Assembly: GCA_021372335.1 (NCBI GenBank)
Contig: JAJFUR010000020.1
Span: forward strand, 1-58,159
Direction of reading: 5' to 3'
DNA: 58,159 bases
Origin: Methanobacteriota archaeon
GTDB taxonomy: Archaea > Thermoplasmatota > Thermoplasmata > Methanomassiliicoccales > UBA472
Each line of letters begins with the position of its first letter. The stretch's first letter is position 1. The translations under genes were made by a program, and so were the position numbers. The notes under the pieces are model-generated. The model saw only the letters and a program-made list of their open reading frames with translations, did not search any database and was not told where the DNA came from. This document shows, in pieces, positions 1-10,051 of the stretch.

Positions 1-44
1 TACGGGGACACCAAGTGCTGGACGCACATGGTCGGCTACGACGT

Positions 45-650
45 CTAGGGCAGGGTGCGCTTGACCTTGGCCACGATCTCGTCCAGCTTGACCTGGCTGA
101 TCGTGGTGCCGCGCACCACCCCGGTCACTATCTCCATTATCGTCCCCTTGGTCTTGATGTCCTCGTCCTTGGGCATGACCAGCCGGGTCTTGCACCCTAT
201 GCGGGCGAAGTCCTCGAAGTCCACTGGCGCCTGGCAGCAGATGACGGCCGGTAGGTCCACGTTCCTCAGGATCAATCTCGCCTTATAGATGATATGATTG
301 CGCACGTTGCCGAGGTGGATGAGCATCACCTTGAACTGCTGGATGCGGGCCACCTCAATTGGCTCCAGCCCGAAGAGGGAGCTTGTGGACACATCGACCG
401 CGTCCAAGGGAACGCCGGAGCCGGCGGTGATGACTATGACGGAGGTATCGATGCCCTCTTCCCGCAGCCCGTAGGTTATCTCACATACCGGCTTGGTGAT
501 GTGGCGCTTGCCGGGGCCCATGGCGATGGCCACCACGTCCCTTCCGCTGTCGGAGATCGTCGCGCGTTGGGCCAGGCTTCCGCCCACCCCCATCCCCCGG
601 GCCTCCCGGCATTCCACAAAGCGGGTCTTCCGCCCGATCGAGTCCTTCAC
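45..650 (-). CDS. mcrC: methyl-coenzyme M reductase operon protein C (McrC)
   Basis: 201-aa ORF. The blocks [36 protein letters not shown] and [11 protein letters not shown] match the McrC family as I know it. It starts 2 nt after the atwA stop. TAG stop. Confidence 0.85.
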   Translation of the reverse strand: MKDSIGRKTRFVECREARGMGVGGSLAQRATISDSGRDVVAIAMGPGKRHITKPVCEITYGLREEGIDTSVIVITAGSGVPLDAVDVSTSSLFGLEPIEVARIQQFKVMLIHLGNVRNHIIYKARLILRNVDLPAVICCQAPVDFEDFARIGCKTRLVMPKDEDIKTKGTIMEIVTGVVRGTTISQVKLDEIVAKVKRTLP

Positions 651-652
651 CC

Positions 653-2275
653 TCAGACCTCGCAGACCTCGGATTCCTCTCCTTCCAATTCGTCCTGGGT
701 CATGCCCCTCAGGACCTCCTGAGGAGGTCCGATGGCAACGATCTTTCCGCTCTTCATCAAGGCCACGCGATCGCAGCAGGCCAGCACGAAGTCCATATCG
801 TGGCTGACGATGAGATAGGTCTGGTTCAGCTCCTTGCGGGAGTGCAGCACTGACTTCGCCACGGCCTGGCGGGTGATGGGGTCCATGGTCCCCGTTGGCT
901 CATCGAGCACCACGAAGCGGGGCTCCATGATCAGGGTCCTTGCCAGGGCGATGCGCTGCTTCTCCCCAACGCTCAATGAGTCCGGATAGGCGTAGAGGAT
1001 GCGGTCCACCTCCTTGGCCGTGAACCCGACCCCTCGCAGGACCTGGATGGCCTTCATCTTGGCCAGTTCCTGGGGAAGCTTCATGCCCAGGCAGATCGTG
1101 AGGTTCTGCAGGACGGTGTTGAAGGGGTACAGGGCGTTCTCCTGATGCATAATCCCGATGTATTGGGTCGCCCTCCCCCTTCCCTCCTCTCCAAGGTCGG
1201 ACATGTTGATCCAGTCATCGCCGATCCGCACCAACACCTCTCCATGGGTGGCGGGAGTGATGCCGGAGATCATCCGGGAGAGGGTGGTCTTCCCGGCCCC
1301 GCTCTGCCCGATTAGGCCGAAGATCTCCTTCTCCGCGACCTCGAAGGACACGTCGTCCACGGCCTTGACCACGCCACGCACGATGGAGTAGAAGTACTTC
1401 TTCGCGTTCTTGACACGGATCACGGGCTCCCCGGTCTGGACCTCCATCTCCTTGTCCCGAACGAAGCTCACGTCGAAGGCCTTCGTGATCTCCCGGGGAT
1501 CGCCCTCGGCCTTGATCATCCCATCCTCAAGCCAGATCGCCCTATGGGAGAGCAGGTTGATGGCCTTGGGCCAATGGGAGGTGATCACCATGCTCATGCC
1601 CGTGTCCTTGACGGCCTTGATGAGCGCCTTGTGCACAATGTCCGCGGTCTCGGGGTCCAGGGTGCCCGTGGGCTCGTCCGCCAGGAAGAGCAGCGGGTCG
1701 CGCGCCAGCTGCCTGGCCAGGACCGTTCTCTGCTTCTCCCCTCCCGACAGGTCGCGGGCGATGTGCATTGTGCGGTAGGTCATGTTGACCATCTCCAGGA
1801 GCTGTATGGCCCGCTCCACCTTCTTCTCGTCCGACATGCCCTTGATGACCTCGAAGACGTTCTCTATGACGGTAAGGTCCCCGTAGAGGGCGAAGGTCCT
1901 CTGCAGCATGATAGCGATGCGCCCGCGCATGGCCAGGCGCAGGGGGTCCCGCTCGTCCATGGCCCAGAAGTCGATCTCGGTGACCTTCGTTTCCTTTCCG
2001 CACTTGGTGCACTTGGCCCCCGGCGATGGCAAATCGAGCCATCCGCAGGAGGGGCAATGGTTCACCCGGTAGATGACGCGCCCTGAATCGGGCTTGTAAT
2101 CGTGGGAGCCGCGCATCACATTGATGAGGACCGACTTGCCGCTCCCGGACCTGCCGATGAGCCCGAGGACCTCCCCTGTGCGCACCGTTGTACTGATGTC
2201 CTTCAGCACTTGGTTCCCATTGAAGCTCTTAGAGACCTTGTCCAGGATAACGAGGACCTCTGACCCATCAGGCAT
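653..2275 (-). CDS. atwA: methyl-coenzyme M reductase activation component A2 (double ABC ATPase)
   Basis: The ORF runs to 2404, but the ATG at 2275 ([13 protein letters not shown]..., 540 aa) is preferred. It has two ABC cassettes, with Walker A GRSGSGKS and GQSGAGKT and signatures LSGGEKQR and LSVGEKQR. A zinc-ribbon insert (CPSCGW...CTKCGKE) sits in cassette 1, which is typical of AtwA. Confidence 0.85.
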   Translation of the reverse strand: MPDGSEVLVILDKVSKSFNGNQVLKDISTTVRTGEVLGLIGRSGSGKSVLINVMRGSHDYKPDSGRVIYRVNHCPSCGWLDLPSPGAKCTKCGKETKVTEIDFWAMDERDPLRLAMRGRIAIMLQRTFALYGDLTVIENVFEVIKGMSDEKKVERAIQLLEMVNMTYRTMHIARDLSGGEKQRTVLARQLARDPLLFLADEPTGTLDPETADIVHKALIKAVKDTGMSMVITSHWPKAINLLSHRAIWLEDGMIKAEGDPREITKAFDVSFVRDKEMEVQTGEPVIRVKNAKKYFYSIVRGVVKAVDDVSFEVAEKEIFGLIGQSGAGKTTLSRMISGITPATHGEVLVRIGDDWINMSDLGEEGRGRATQYIGIMHQENALYPFNTVLQNLTICLGMKLPQELAKMKAIQVLRGVGFTAKEVDRILYAYPDSLSVGEKQRIALARTLIMEPRFVVLDEPTGTMDPITRQAVAKSVLHSRKELNQTYLIVSHDMDFVLACCDRVALMKSGKIVAIGPPQEVLRGMTQDELEGEESEVCEV

Positions 2276-2360
2276 ACCTGGTTGCGAACGATTAATGCAG
2301 ATATAATACTTACCCCGTTTAGAAAGACTGGCATTAACGATTGGATGGTGCAAGCTATAT

Positions 2361-2386
2361 ATGGATGGATTATATATCCATCCTAT
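2361..2386. promoter_or_regulatory. TATA-centred inverted repeat GGATGGAT-TATAT-ATCCATCC in the divergent atwA / wHTH promoter region
   Basis: Read directly: 8-bp arms at 2363-2370 and 2376-2383 flank TTATATAT. It lies between the atwA start (2275, minus) and the wHTH gene start (2391/2397, plus). Confidence 0.55.
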
Positions 2387-2390
2387 AATG

Positions 2391-3350
2391 CCAATGTCCT
2401 TCAATTCCTACTTTGCGGGAGGCCCAACGCCTAAGTTCAGCGCCTATCACATCTGGAAGGCCCATCAGGTCGTGGCCAAGGACGGCCCCATCGGCAGGAA
2501 GGCCCTGGCCGAGGCCCTCCAAATAGGGGAGGGGAGCACCCGGACCATCCTGGACAAGATGATGCGCGAGGGTTCGGTGGAAAGCTCCCGCTTGGGGATC
2601 ACCATCACCGAGCGGGGGAAGCGCAAGCTCGACACCTCGGGGATGGAGGTGCGGCAGGTCGACCTGTCCGACCTCACCCTGGGCAAGTTCAACTGCGCCG
2701 TGCTGCTCAAGGGGGCCGCCGACCGCGTGCGGTTGGGGTGCGAGCAACGGGACGAGGCAGTGCGGGCCGGGGCCGTGGGGGCCACGACCCTGGTCGTCGA
2801 CCAGGGCCGAATAGTCTTCCCCGGGGACGAGGAGTTCCCGGACCAATCGCTGGTCGCCCCTTTGAAGAACTACTTCCGGATGGACGATGGGGATGTGATA
2901 ATTATCGGCTCCGCCTTCAGCTATGATGTGGCGGAGAAGGGGGCGGTGACCGCCGCCCTCGCCCTGAGCAACCTGTCCCGCCGCTGCTGGAACGAGGGCA
3001 CGGAACTCTTGAGCCGGGACACCGAGGCGGATGAGCTGCGCTGCCTGGCGCTCGCTGTCCATGAACTCCTGGGCCGCCTGCCGGTCACAATGCGCAGCCG
3101 GAACAGGCCGGGGGTGCGCTGCGAGGAGGGGGAGGTCATCGACACCCACTACACCGGCCCAATGCTGGAGGAGGCCATGAAACGGGGCGCGATCGTCCGG
3201 CGCGTTTCCACCAGCGGTCCTTACCGGGGGCTGCCTGTCATAGCCGTCCCGATCATGCGCAAGCGGGAGGCCATCGCGGCCATCGCCACGATGGACATCG
3301 GCAAGGGGTCGCTGTCGGAGCTGCTCGCCAAACTGGCGGAGCGGTACTAG
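2391..3350 (+). CDS. winged-helix domain protein, function unknown (DUF4443-like impression, unverified)
   Basis: The ORF is 2361..3350. Its first 8 codons are the palindrome itself, so ATG 2391 or 2397 is preferred. The N-terminal segment is HTH-like (GRKALAEALQIGEGSTRTILDKMMREG). It is divergent from atwA-mcrC. TAG stop. Confidence 0.6.
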   Translation, partial: PMSFNSYFAGGPTPKFSAYHIWKAHQVVAKDGPIGRKALAEALQIGEGSTRTILDKMMREGSVESSRLGITITERGKRKLDTSGMEVRQVDLSDLTLGKFNCAVLLKGAADRVRLGCEQRDEAVRAGAVGATTLVVDQGRIVFPGDEEFPDQSLVAPLKNYFRMDDGDVIIIGSAFSYDVAEKGAVTAALALSNLSRRCWNEGTELLSRDTEADELRCLALAVHELLGRLPVTMRSRNRPGVRCEEGEVIDTHYTGPMLEEAMKRGAIVRRVSTSGPYRGLPVIAVPIMRKREAIAAIATMDIGKGSLSELLAKLAERY

Positions 3351-5176
3351 AAATAATACCATATGCTCTCATACTCCCGCACGTCCTCTCCCCTCTCCGC
3401 AAGGGCGATCAGGAAGTCCAGGATCGGCACGTCCATGTGCACATAGGTAGGCGCTACGGCAATGTTCTTCTCCCAGGGATGGAACTCGTACACGCGCTCG
3501 CCCCTTGGGGTAATGGCGATCAGGTCGTGGTGCTGCCACGCCCGCAGATGGTTCTTTCCCAGCGCCGGGATGTTGAACACCGGTTCGTCCGTTCGGCTCA
3601 GGCCAGGTAGTAGCCTTGCCTCCTCCTTGCGCTCCTGGAGGAGCCTTGATATGGGCACCCTGTACTCGGACGTCTCCTCCTTCCCCTTGGCATTGAAGGT
3701 GTAGTAGGGGTCCACTCCGATCCTTTTAAGCGTCGAGCGCACCGCCACCGTCTCGAAGCGACGGCAGTTCTCCATAGTGAACACCTGTTGATTGTAGACG
3801 GAAATGCCAAGCGTTCGCAGGGAGCGCACGGCCTCGGCCGCTTCCGGGGTCACTTCATATGGATGCTCGAAATGGGTCACGAGCGCGAACTCCCTTCCGG
3901 GGGGATCATGGACCGCCGCCATTAGGTCAAGGAAGCCGGGGTCGATCCTCATTGGCATGACCACGGGCACCCTGGTGCCCAGCCGCAGCCTTCGTACGTG
4001 CGGTAGCTCCATCAACCTTCCCAGAAGTCTCCTGAGATGCCCGTTCGAGAGCACTCCTGGGTCCCCTCCCGTGATCAGGACCTCGCTTACCATCGGATGG
4101 TCCCTGAACCAGTCCAAGGCGGCCTCGATCTTCTCGGGCGGGGCCATGGCGTCGGGGGAGAGGACCCCTTCGATCTCCCAGTTCCGCTGGCAGTAGACGC
4201 AGATCTGGGCGCAGGTGTTGTACGGCTTGAATATGGCGATCATGGGGTACCGCCGCGTGACCAGGTCCACGGGGGAGGTCTGCCCCTCCCGCATGAAGTC
4301 CAGGGTGGCGGAGGGATCCGCCCTGGCCTTAAGTATCCCGTGGATGTAGTTGAGCGGTGGGATGACCTGCGCCCGCACCGCATGGTCGAGGCGCCGGGAA
4401 GGCTCCCTATCCATGAGGGAGAGGTAGTAAGGGGTTATTCCGAACGGGATGCGGTTCTCCCCGCAGAGGCGGATGGCCTCGCGCTCCGAGTCCGTCAGCT
4501 CGATGAGGTCCCCTATTACCTCCTCGCTCAAAAGGACGTTCCTCATCTGCCATGGATAGTCGTTCCAATCGTCCAATGTGGCGTTCAGGTGGTCCAGGAT
4601 CCGCTCGCGGTTCTTCCTGCGCCGCTCTATGACGCTGGGCTCGAGGCCGCTGACGTAACGAGATGCCTTTGCCTCCACCGCCTTGGCCAGGCCGTCGAGG
4701 TAGTCTGAGCGCCGCCGGCTTCCTTCCCTTTCGTCCATAACAGTGAGATCGGGGGCCTCCTGAAGCGCTAGCACTGGTGCCCCTGTGGTGCCCTTCATGA
4801 TGTGCAATATATCGTGGACGAAGGCGGGGTGAACATCGCCACATCCATCATCCTGCTCGAGGCAGAGGAGGTGGTGAACCACCGAAGTGCCGCTCACCCT
4901 TTCGTTCCTGGGGGAGAGAAAGTTGCGCATCACGCGGAGGCAATGGAGCGCGTTCGACCTTTCCAGGGCGTGTATCTGGCAGTCCCGGGCGTGTAGCCTG
5001 CTTTCCCTTTCATGGAGAATGGCCATTATGTTGTGGCGAGCGGCCTCGATGTCCTTGGAGGCTTGAAGGGCCTCATGCAATTGAGGGTCGCTCATCCAGA
5101 GCAGGGCGCGGGCCTCGGCGGTATCAAGCTCCGGTCCCTGGGGGAAAGCTGCGTCTGATAGCTTCGTGGTTTGCAT
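3347..5176 (-). CDS. KamA-family radical SAM / PLP aminomutase-like protein with a long N-terminal extension
   Basis: The ORF extends to 5242. The ATG at 5176 has a GGTGA Shine-Dalgarno-like element 5 nt upstream. It carries the CxxxCxxC cluster motif CAQICVYCQRNWE, ITGGDP, and a candidate PLP lysine in NIPALGKNH. About 200 aa N-terminal to the core resemble nothing I recognise. Confidence 0.75.
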   Translation of the reverse strand: MQTTKLSDAAFPQGPELDTAEARALLWMSDPQLHEALQASKDIEAARHNIMAILHERESRLHARDCQIHALERSNALHCLRVMRNFLSPRNERVSGTSVVHHLLCLEQDDGCGDVHPAFVHDILHIMKGTTGAPVLALQEAPDLTVMDEREGSRRRSDYLDGLAKAVEAKASRYVSGLEPSVIERRRKNRERILDHLNATLDDWNDYPWQMRNVLLSEEVIGDLIELTDSEREAIRLCGENRIPFGITPYYLSLMDREPSRRLDHAVRAQVIPPLNYIHGILKARADPSATLDFMREGQTSPVDLVTRRYPMIAIFKPYNTCAQICVYCQRNWEIEGVLSPDAMAPPEKIEAALDWFRDHPMVSEVLITGGDPGVLSNGHLRRLLGRLMELPHVRRLRLGTRVPVVMPMRIDPGFLDLMAAVHDPPGREFALVTHFEHPYEVTPEAAEAVRSLRTLGISVYNQQVFTMENCRRFETVAVRSTLKRIGVDPYYTFNAKGKEETSEYRVPISRLLQERKEEARLLPGLSRTDEPVFNIPALGKNHLRAWQHHDLIAITPRGERVYEFHPWEKNIAVAPTYVHMDVPILDFLIALAERGEDVREYESIWYYF

Positions 5177-5326
5177 AGGTCTCACCTTTGCCGCCCATAC
5201 CGAACCGAAAAGGAAATCGTCCCGAGGAGCGACGCTATTCATCAGGACCCCATCTTACTTATTATTTGCCCACTCCGAGCGTTTCCGAAGGATATGATTA
5301 TCTGACTTGAGCGCGATCGAGGGGGG

Positions 5327-5668
5327 ATGGTCGAAGAAGGGGAGCTTCCCCTGCAAGCAAGGGTCAGGGTGGACCCCGGGGTGTGCCGGCTGCCTAGTGT
5401 CATCCAGGCTCGGAGCGACGGGACGACCGTGGAGTTCGAGGTCGTCAATAGCGATTGCCCTCAGGTCCGCAATCTGACCAAGGTCCTGCGCCGAATGGAG
5501 ATCTGGGATGTGATGAGGATGCCGTACGTGGACAATGCCGTCTATCAAATATGCGGCGAGGTCCTCAAGCATTCCGCCTGCCCAGTGCCTATGGCCATGA
5601 TAAAGTGCGCTGAGGCCGCCGCCGAACTCGGCCTCAAGAGGTCGGTGGTAGTCGAATTCGTTCCCTGA
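5327..5668 (+). CDS. hypothetical Cys-rich small protein
   Basis: 113-aa ORF with coding-like composition. A GAGGGGGG run lies just upstream of the ATG. It has 6 Cys, including CPQV and SACPVP. No family recognised. Confidence 0.45.
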   Translation: MVEEGELPLQARVRVDPGVCRLPSVIQARSDGTTVEFEVVNSDCPQVRNLTKVLRRMEIWDVMRMPYVDNAVYQICGEVLKHSACPVPMAMIKCAEAAAELGLKRSVVVEFVP

Positions 5669-5959
5669 TCACTTGGTCAGCAGCTCGTTCATGGAGGGCA
5701 TGCCCACGACGGCGCTCGGCCCCGCCAGGTACATGGCCACGAACAACGCCTCGCGGTCCTCGTCCTTGGTCGCCCCCGCCCCCGGGGCCTTCGGAATGTG
5801 GCCAGAGGCATTCGTCGCACTTCAGCACCGCGGTCACGCGATTGCGATGAACCCCTTCTCCTTGATGGTCAGCTTATTGTCCTTGAAGATCCCGTTCTTG
5901 AAGCGGTGCATCGCCCCACCGCCCTCGGCCTGTTGCTCGGCCATCCGTTCCAGGGACAT
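5669..5959 (-). pseudogene. AhpD/carboxymuconolactone decarboxylase-family gene disrupted by two compensating frameshifts
   Basis: The frame from ATG 5959 to TGA 5669 is 97 codons, but codons 42 and 46 are TGA. The family core motif CxxCxxxH (VTAVLKCDECLWPH) is encoded in the -1 frame between them. The N-terminal part (KEKGFIAIA) and C-terminal part (GAGATKDEDREALFVAMYLAGPSAVV) are in the outer frame. Confidence 0.55.
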
Positions 5960-6037
5960 GAATGGGGGATCTGCCTGAGGAATATTGAGCGACCGGGGAA
6001 ACAATCTTTTTCTAGCGTGAAGGCCTTAGGGGTTGGC

Positions 6038-6580
6038 ATGGAACCTGTCAATATGGCCGTGGAGATCATCAAGGGCATGCCCGGCACCTGCATGGTCTTC
6101 CCGCTTTCCGAGGAGGTCATCAAGGACATTCAAAGGGTCGAGGGCGGCATCAGGTCCCAGATAGGACTGGACGTTGTGAACGAGGGGCTGAACCAGTGCC
6201 TTAAGAGGCAGCATGTCATCTGTGTGATCAAGGATTCCCGTTTCAGGCCCCCTCCGGAACCTACCGTGCTTATGATGGGCGATAAGGACATGGTCATCGG
6301 GACCGAGGTCCTTGCTGGTCAGCACTCCCGGTACAAGGACATGGAGAACGTATGCTGGCTGGGGAATGACTTCGTCGTCTTCACGGACAAGGTCCCTAGG
6401 ACCAAGGAGTACTTCCTAATGCCCCCTGTTCCCTTCCCGGAGCTGGAACAGGTCCCGGGGGCGAGGAACATCGTCTCCTGCAGCCCTTCCCCGTTAGGGG
6501 ACCTGATCATCAAGAACCATTACAACATCAAGGACGATCCGAAGCTGGCCAGCATCCTTGTCGGCTTTGACACGTCCTAA
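6038..6580 (+). CDS. hypothetical protein
   Basis: The ORF is 5798..6580. Its upstream 80 codons are antisense to the AhpD-like gene, so ATG 6038 (MEPVNMAVEIIKG..., 180 aa) is preferred. No family recognised. Confidence 0.5.
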   Translation: MEPVNMAVEIIKGMPGTCMVFPLSEEVIKDIQRVEGGIRSQIGLDVVNEGLNQCLKRQHVICVIKDSRFRPPPEPTVLMMGDKDMVIGTEVLAGQHSRYKDMENVCWLGNDFVVFTDKVPRTKEYFLMPPVPFPELEQVPGARNIVSCSPSPLGDLIIKNHYNIKDDPKLASILVGFDTS

Positions 6581-6856
6581 ACCTTTATTCTGATCCCATA
6601 GGAGCGAGAGGTTCTCGTCGCCACAGCCCTGATGAGCCTTGGCCCAATTACGCTCCGGCCCGTGCCTCCGTCAGCTGCACCGGTCAGGAATATGACCAGG
6701 GTACAGACGATCTGAGGCGCGTCCTTCGACGATGCCCCCGATTGCTTAGCTCGCCCTGAGCCATCTCCATCTAAGGCGATCTGCATGTACCAGCACGACA
6801 AGAGAGGGGTTCGTGATCAAGCAGTCCGCAAGGAATAATGGCTGTCCAGAATTAAG

Positions 6857-6863
6857 AAAAAAA
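6857..6863 (-). terminator. oligo-T (T7) tract downstream of the mcr operon
   Basis: An A7 run on the plus strand is T7 on the coding strand. It lies 35 nt after the stop of the last gene of the mcr transcription unit. Archaeal terminators are oligo-T tracts. Confidence 0.35.
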
Positions 6864-6897
6864 TAGATGACGGGAAAGGGTTTTGTGCTTGGTTGGC

Positions 6898-7179
6898 TCA
6901 ACCGCTCCCGCTCGGGGTCACGGTGGAGATGTCCGCCACGACCTCTTCGGTCAGGCCTTGCATCTCCCCCAGGACCACCTTTCGGGTCCTTTCCTTGTAG
7001 GAGGTCCGCTTGTACTCGTCCTCGGATGCGGGGTCCAGGAGACTGGTTACGTACCAGAGGTCGTAGGTGTCGAGCAGAGCCCATTCCACCCCGTCGCGCT
7101 CCCGTACCTCCAGCACCTTTCCCACCGTCCCGGTGACGCGGTATTTTGCGAACTCCCCTACTTGCATCGGACACCTCAC
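6898..7179 (-). CDS. small conserved-looking hypothetical protein trailing mcrA
   Basis: 93-aa ORF starting right after the mcrA stop. An alternative ATG at 7167 gives [21 protein letters not shown]... It is on the same strand and tightly packed with mcrA. Confidence 0.5.
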   Translation of the reverse strand: MRCPMQVGEFAKYRVTGTVGKVLEVRERDGVEWALLDTYDLWYVTSLLDPASEDEYKRTSYKERTRKVVLGEMQGLTEEVVADISTVTPSGSG

Positions 7180-8840
7180 CTAGCAGGGATGATCGCGGTC
7201 CTCTCGCCCATTGGCATGAACTCCCTCAGGCATCCGCGACCGAACTCCTTGGTGATGTTCGCGAAGTCGAAGGGCAGGTTCTTGTCTGCGAAGGCGATCT
7301 TGACCAGCGGGCTGGCCACGAAGGCATCGCCGCGGGCGGCGTGGGGTGCCAATGCGATACCGGTGTATCCGCTCAGGTGGCCCACGTTCATCGCGTAGTT
7401 CGGGTAGTTCGGACCGCGCAGCTCATGCGGTAGGCCCTCGTCGCTCCTGTAGGAGAACGAGTTGGCCGCCCCGCATTCGTCCTGCAGGTCGTATCCGTAG
7501 AACCCGAGCCTTCCTAGCCTCTCCCGGTGCTGATACATCGACAGGTACCAGCCATTGATCCCTGCGTTGGCGTTACCGGTGGCGAAGGCCACACCTATGC
7601 CGGTGGCGGCCGCTGCGACGGTGGCCCTCTGGGACCCTCCGAAGTGCGCCTCCATTGCGGCCGGGTAGCGCTCGTACATCTCCAAGGCGTAGGAGTTGAT
7701 CTCGGAGCCGAGCTTCTCGATCAGCTCGGTGGAGGGTTTGGACTTGCAGAACCCACCGTACTTCTCCTTGATGTGGTCCACGGCCCAGTAGGTGTAATCC
7801 TCCAGGATGTTGTCGGTATAGGCGGCGGTGGCATACTGAGTGAACCCGACGCCCCCGGACATGTAGGACCCGAGGTATATCTGGTCCAGAATCACCGCGC
7901 CCAAAGCGACAGCCTCCAGGGAGGCTCTAGCAGGGTCATCCGGCTTGGTCCTGGTGGACTGCACGCAGTCCGCCAGCACACCGAACGGGAGTCCACCGGG
8001 CTCGTTGGGGCCCCTGGCCCTCCTGGCGGGCATCATGGTGGCCATCTCCACCATCGCGGCATGCTTGGCGGCGAAGGCGAAGTCCGCGATCGCGGCCTCG
8101 CCGGCTGCCAGCCTGTAGGCGGTGATGAAGGCCATGGAGATCTGCATCGCCGAGTGCCTGGAGACCGTGGCTCCGTCGCACACGCGGCCGACAATGGTCG
8201 GGACGCGCACTACCTGCCACAGCTTCTTACCGACCGCGGCCTTCAGCTGCTTGGCCTGGTCCGCGGGGAACTCCTTGTTGATGTCGATGACGAAGCACTT
8301 GTCGATCTCGTCGATGAGCTCGTCGTCCCCGGAGAACACCTTGACGTAGGAGTCCTTCACGATCTCGGGGCATAGCTCGGCCATGTGCTCCTGCACCACT
8401 GCGCCGCCTGGCATGGTGTGGTTGACAGCCTCCAGGTAACGGTTGATGGTCTCGGGGGTGACCTCCTTCGACAGCCTCTTCTCGATGACATTGTGGGCGA
8501 CGTCCAGACCGACGATGACGGTCCTTCGTATGTCATCCCACGCCTGCTGCATCGCAGCGTTGTTCACAAAGTGCAGGTCATCGGCCTCGCCATAGATGTC
8601 GGTGTGGGACAGCTGGTAGGGCATCAAGACCCTCTGGCCGAGCGCGACACCGATATCCTGGTTCATCATTGGGATCCCGCGCTCCTTGGCGATCCTGTTG
8701 GCCTGCTCGACCCACTCCCGCTTCCTCTTGGACTGCCTCCAGCCCCCATAGGAGTAGTGTTTGGAGCGGACCTCCGTGGGGTCCTCCTTGAACTTCTTCT
8801 TCATGGCGGCGATGAACAGCTTATCCTTTTCCTTCGCCAT
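7176..8840 (-). CDS. mcrA: methyl-coenzyme M reductase alpha subunit
   Basis: 554 aa. Diagnostic blocks are [37 protein letters not shown] and [18 protein letters not shown]. Confidence 0.97.
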   Translation of the reverse strand: MAKEKDKLFIAAMKKKFKEDPTEVRSKHYSYGGWRQSKRKREWVEQANRIAKERGIPMMNQDIGVALGQRVLMPYQLSHTDIYGEADDLHFVNNAAMQQAWDDIRRTVIVGLDVAHNVIEKRLSKEVTPETINRYLEAVNHTMPGGAVVQEHMAELCPEIVKDSYVKVFSGDDELIDEIDKCFVIDINKEFPADQAKQLKAAVGKKLWQVVRVPTIVGRVCDGATVSRHSAMQISMAFITAYRLAAGEAAIADFAFAAKHAAMVEMATMMPARRARGPNEPGGLPFGVLADCVQSTRTKPDDPARASLEAVALGAVILDQIYLGSYMSGGVGFTQYATAAYTDNILEDYTYWAVDHIKEKYGGFCKSKPSTELIEKLGSEINSYALEMYERYPAAMEAHFGGSQRATVAAAATGIGVAFATGNANAGINGWYLSMYQHRERLGRLGFYGYDLQDECGAANSFSYRSDEGLPHELRGPNYPNYAMNVGHLSGYTGIALAPHAARGDAFVASPLVKIAFADKNLPFDFANITKEFGRGCLREFMPMGERTAIIPAR

Positions 8841-8842
8841 AT

Positions 8843-9625
8843 TTAGTCCTCCTTAACATCGAAGGGCTTGAAGCCGCACTTCGTTCTCAAGGTGTGGATC
8901 CTGAGGTTCTGCCTCATGACCTCCTCGTCCTCCCTCATGTCGACGCCATCGGCGCGGAACATGGCGGTGTGCTCCTTCAGCCACTTCTCGGGCATGGGCT
9001 TTCCGACAGGGACCGGCTTGTCCAGCGGGACACCCACCTGGTCCTTGACGTACTCCACCTCACCCTTCTTGGCGTTCCACCGGAACCTCTGCCAGGCATC
9101 GAACATCAGCCCGTTCTCGTCCAGCCTCACGGCGTGGCCATGCACGGTGGCGCCTCTGATACCGGTCCTCGCGGTATCGAAGGTCTCGCTGTCGATGAGT
9201 TCCTTGGCCACCTTCTCGACGTCCCTCTCCCTCATCTCGATGATCTGCCTTCCAGATAGGGTACCGGTGTCAATCCCTCTGTACCTCCACATGTACATCT
9301 GCGCCCTAACATACGGAACTATGGGGGCCCAGTATACGGAGTCAGTGAACTGAACGTACCTGATCCTGTCTCCCTTCTTAGCACCTTCTGTGGGCTCGAC
9401 GATTGCCCTTATGGGGCAGTCGGGCTCGTTGCCCTCCTCCAGCGGCGGGTGGATGGTGGCGTAGTCGGAACCGGGGACCCTGTGCCCCAGGATCTTGACC
9501 ACGTCGTCCATCGGAATGTCACGGAGCTTCTCCAGCTTGACGCTGGGGTCCATGAAGCGCCTGCGGTTCTTGGCGGGCAGGGTGGTGCCAGGATAGAATT
9601 GTGCCTTATACTTTGTCTTAGCCAT
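8843..9625 (-). CDS. mcrG: methyl-coenzyme M reductase gamma subunit
   Basis: 260 aa. The N-terminus [27 protein letters not shown] and its position between mcrD and mcrA fit McrG. Confidence 0.93.
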   Translation of the reverse strand: MAKTKYKAQFYPGTTLPAKNRRRFMDPSVKLEKLRDIPMDDVVKILGHRVPGSDYATIHPPLEEGNEPDCPIRAIVEPTEGAKKGDRIRYVQFTDSVYWAPIVPYVRAQMYMWRYRGIDTGTLSGRQIIEMRERDVEKVAKELIDSETFDTARTGIRGATVHGHAVRLDENGLMFDAWQRFRWNAKKGEVEYVKDQVGVPLDKPVPVGKPMPEKWLKEHTAMFRADGVDMREDEEVMRQNLRIHTLRTKCGFKPFDVKED

Positions 9626-9626
9626 G

Positions 9627-10049
9627 TTACTTCACCAATCCTTTCATGTAGTCTGTAGTAGTGGGCCTGAACTTGTTGTAACGACCTACCTCCAATGTGA
9701 ACCCGAAGGGTAGTACTTCCTTGCATACCGCCTCGATGTCCTTCAGGGCCTGCGGCACATGGTCGATGTCGCTTATCTCAACGAATATGCGCCCGACCTG
9801 GACCGTAAGCTCGACCTCCTTTCCCTTGACCTTGATCTTCTTGCGCTCGGGATGGTCCACCGGACCGCCAGTGCCAGGACCGGACTTCATAACCGCCGGT
9901 AGCCCCTCGCCCTGGATGTTTATCTGTCGAACGTTCTTTATGTCATACAATCGGTTCAGCAGCTTTTCGGTGGTGCTTGCCATCAAAAGTCTTTCCGGGA
10001 AGATCTGGATCTCCGGAAGCGGGACTCCCTCGGAGGCAGGTGCACTCAT
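9627..10049 (-). CDS. mcrD: methyl-coenzyme M reductase operon protein D
   Basis: 140 aa. It contains [10 protein letters not shown]...[22 protein letters not shown] and lies between mcrB and mcrG. Confidence 0.85.
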   Translation of the reverse strand: MSAPASEGVPLPEIQIFPERLLMASTTEKLLNRLYDIKNVRQINIQGEGLPAVMKSGPGTGGPVDHPERKKIKVKGKEVELTVQVGRIFVEISDIDHVPQALKDIEAVCKEVLPFGFTLEVGRYNKFRPTTTDYMKGLVK

Positions 10050-10051
10050 GT

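Noticed and set aside
2370-3362. 330-aa minus-strand ORF covering the whole wHTH gene
   Set aside because: It is an Arg/Pro/Gly/His-rich low-complexity translation exactly antisense to a better-looking gene. This is a typical shadow ORF of GC-rich DNA.
5822-5836. Selenocysteine recoding of the two in-frame TGA codons (U-P-R-C-U) in the AhpD-like gene
   Set aside because: The canonical CxxCxxxH core is encoded perfectly in the -1 frame across exactly this segment, which a frameshift explains far better. The UPRCU spacing does not match the family motif. I also saw no evidence of Sec machinery or a SECIS-like element.
6581-6897. 317-bp gap after the mcr operon, checked as an SRP RNA or other ncRNA; it contains the 74-aa ORF 6577..6801(-)
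   Set aside because: I could not find conserved SRP or RNase P motifs or a convincing fold by eye. The ORF has no recognisable family, mixed codon usage and no SD element. I leave the region unassigned rather than call it.
7527-8846. Plus-strand ORFs of 282 aa and 153 aa antisense to mcrA
   Set aside because: They lie entirely within the unambiguous mcrA CDS, and their translations are Gly/Asp/Leu/His-rich nonsense.
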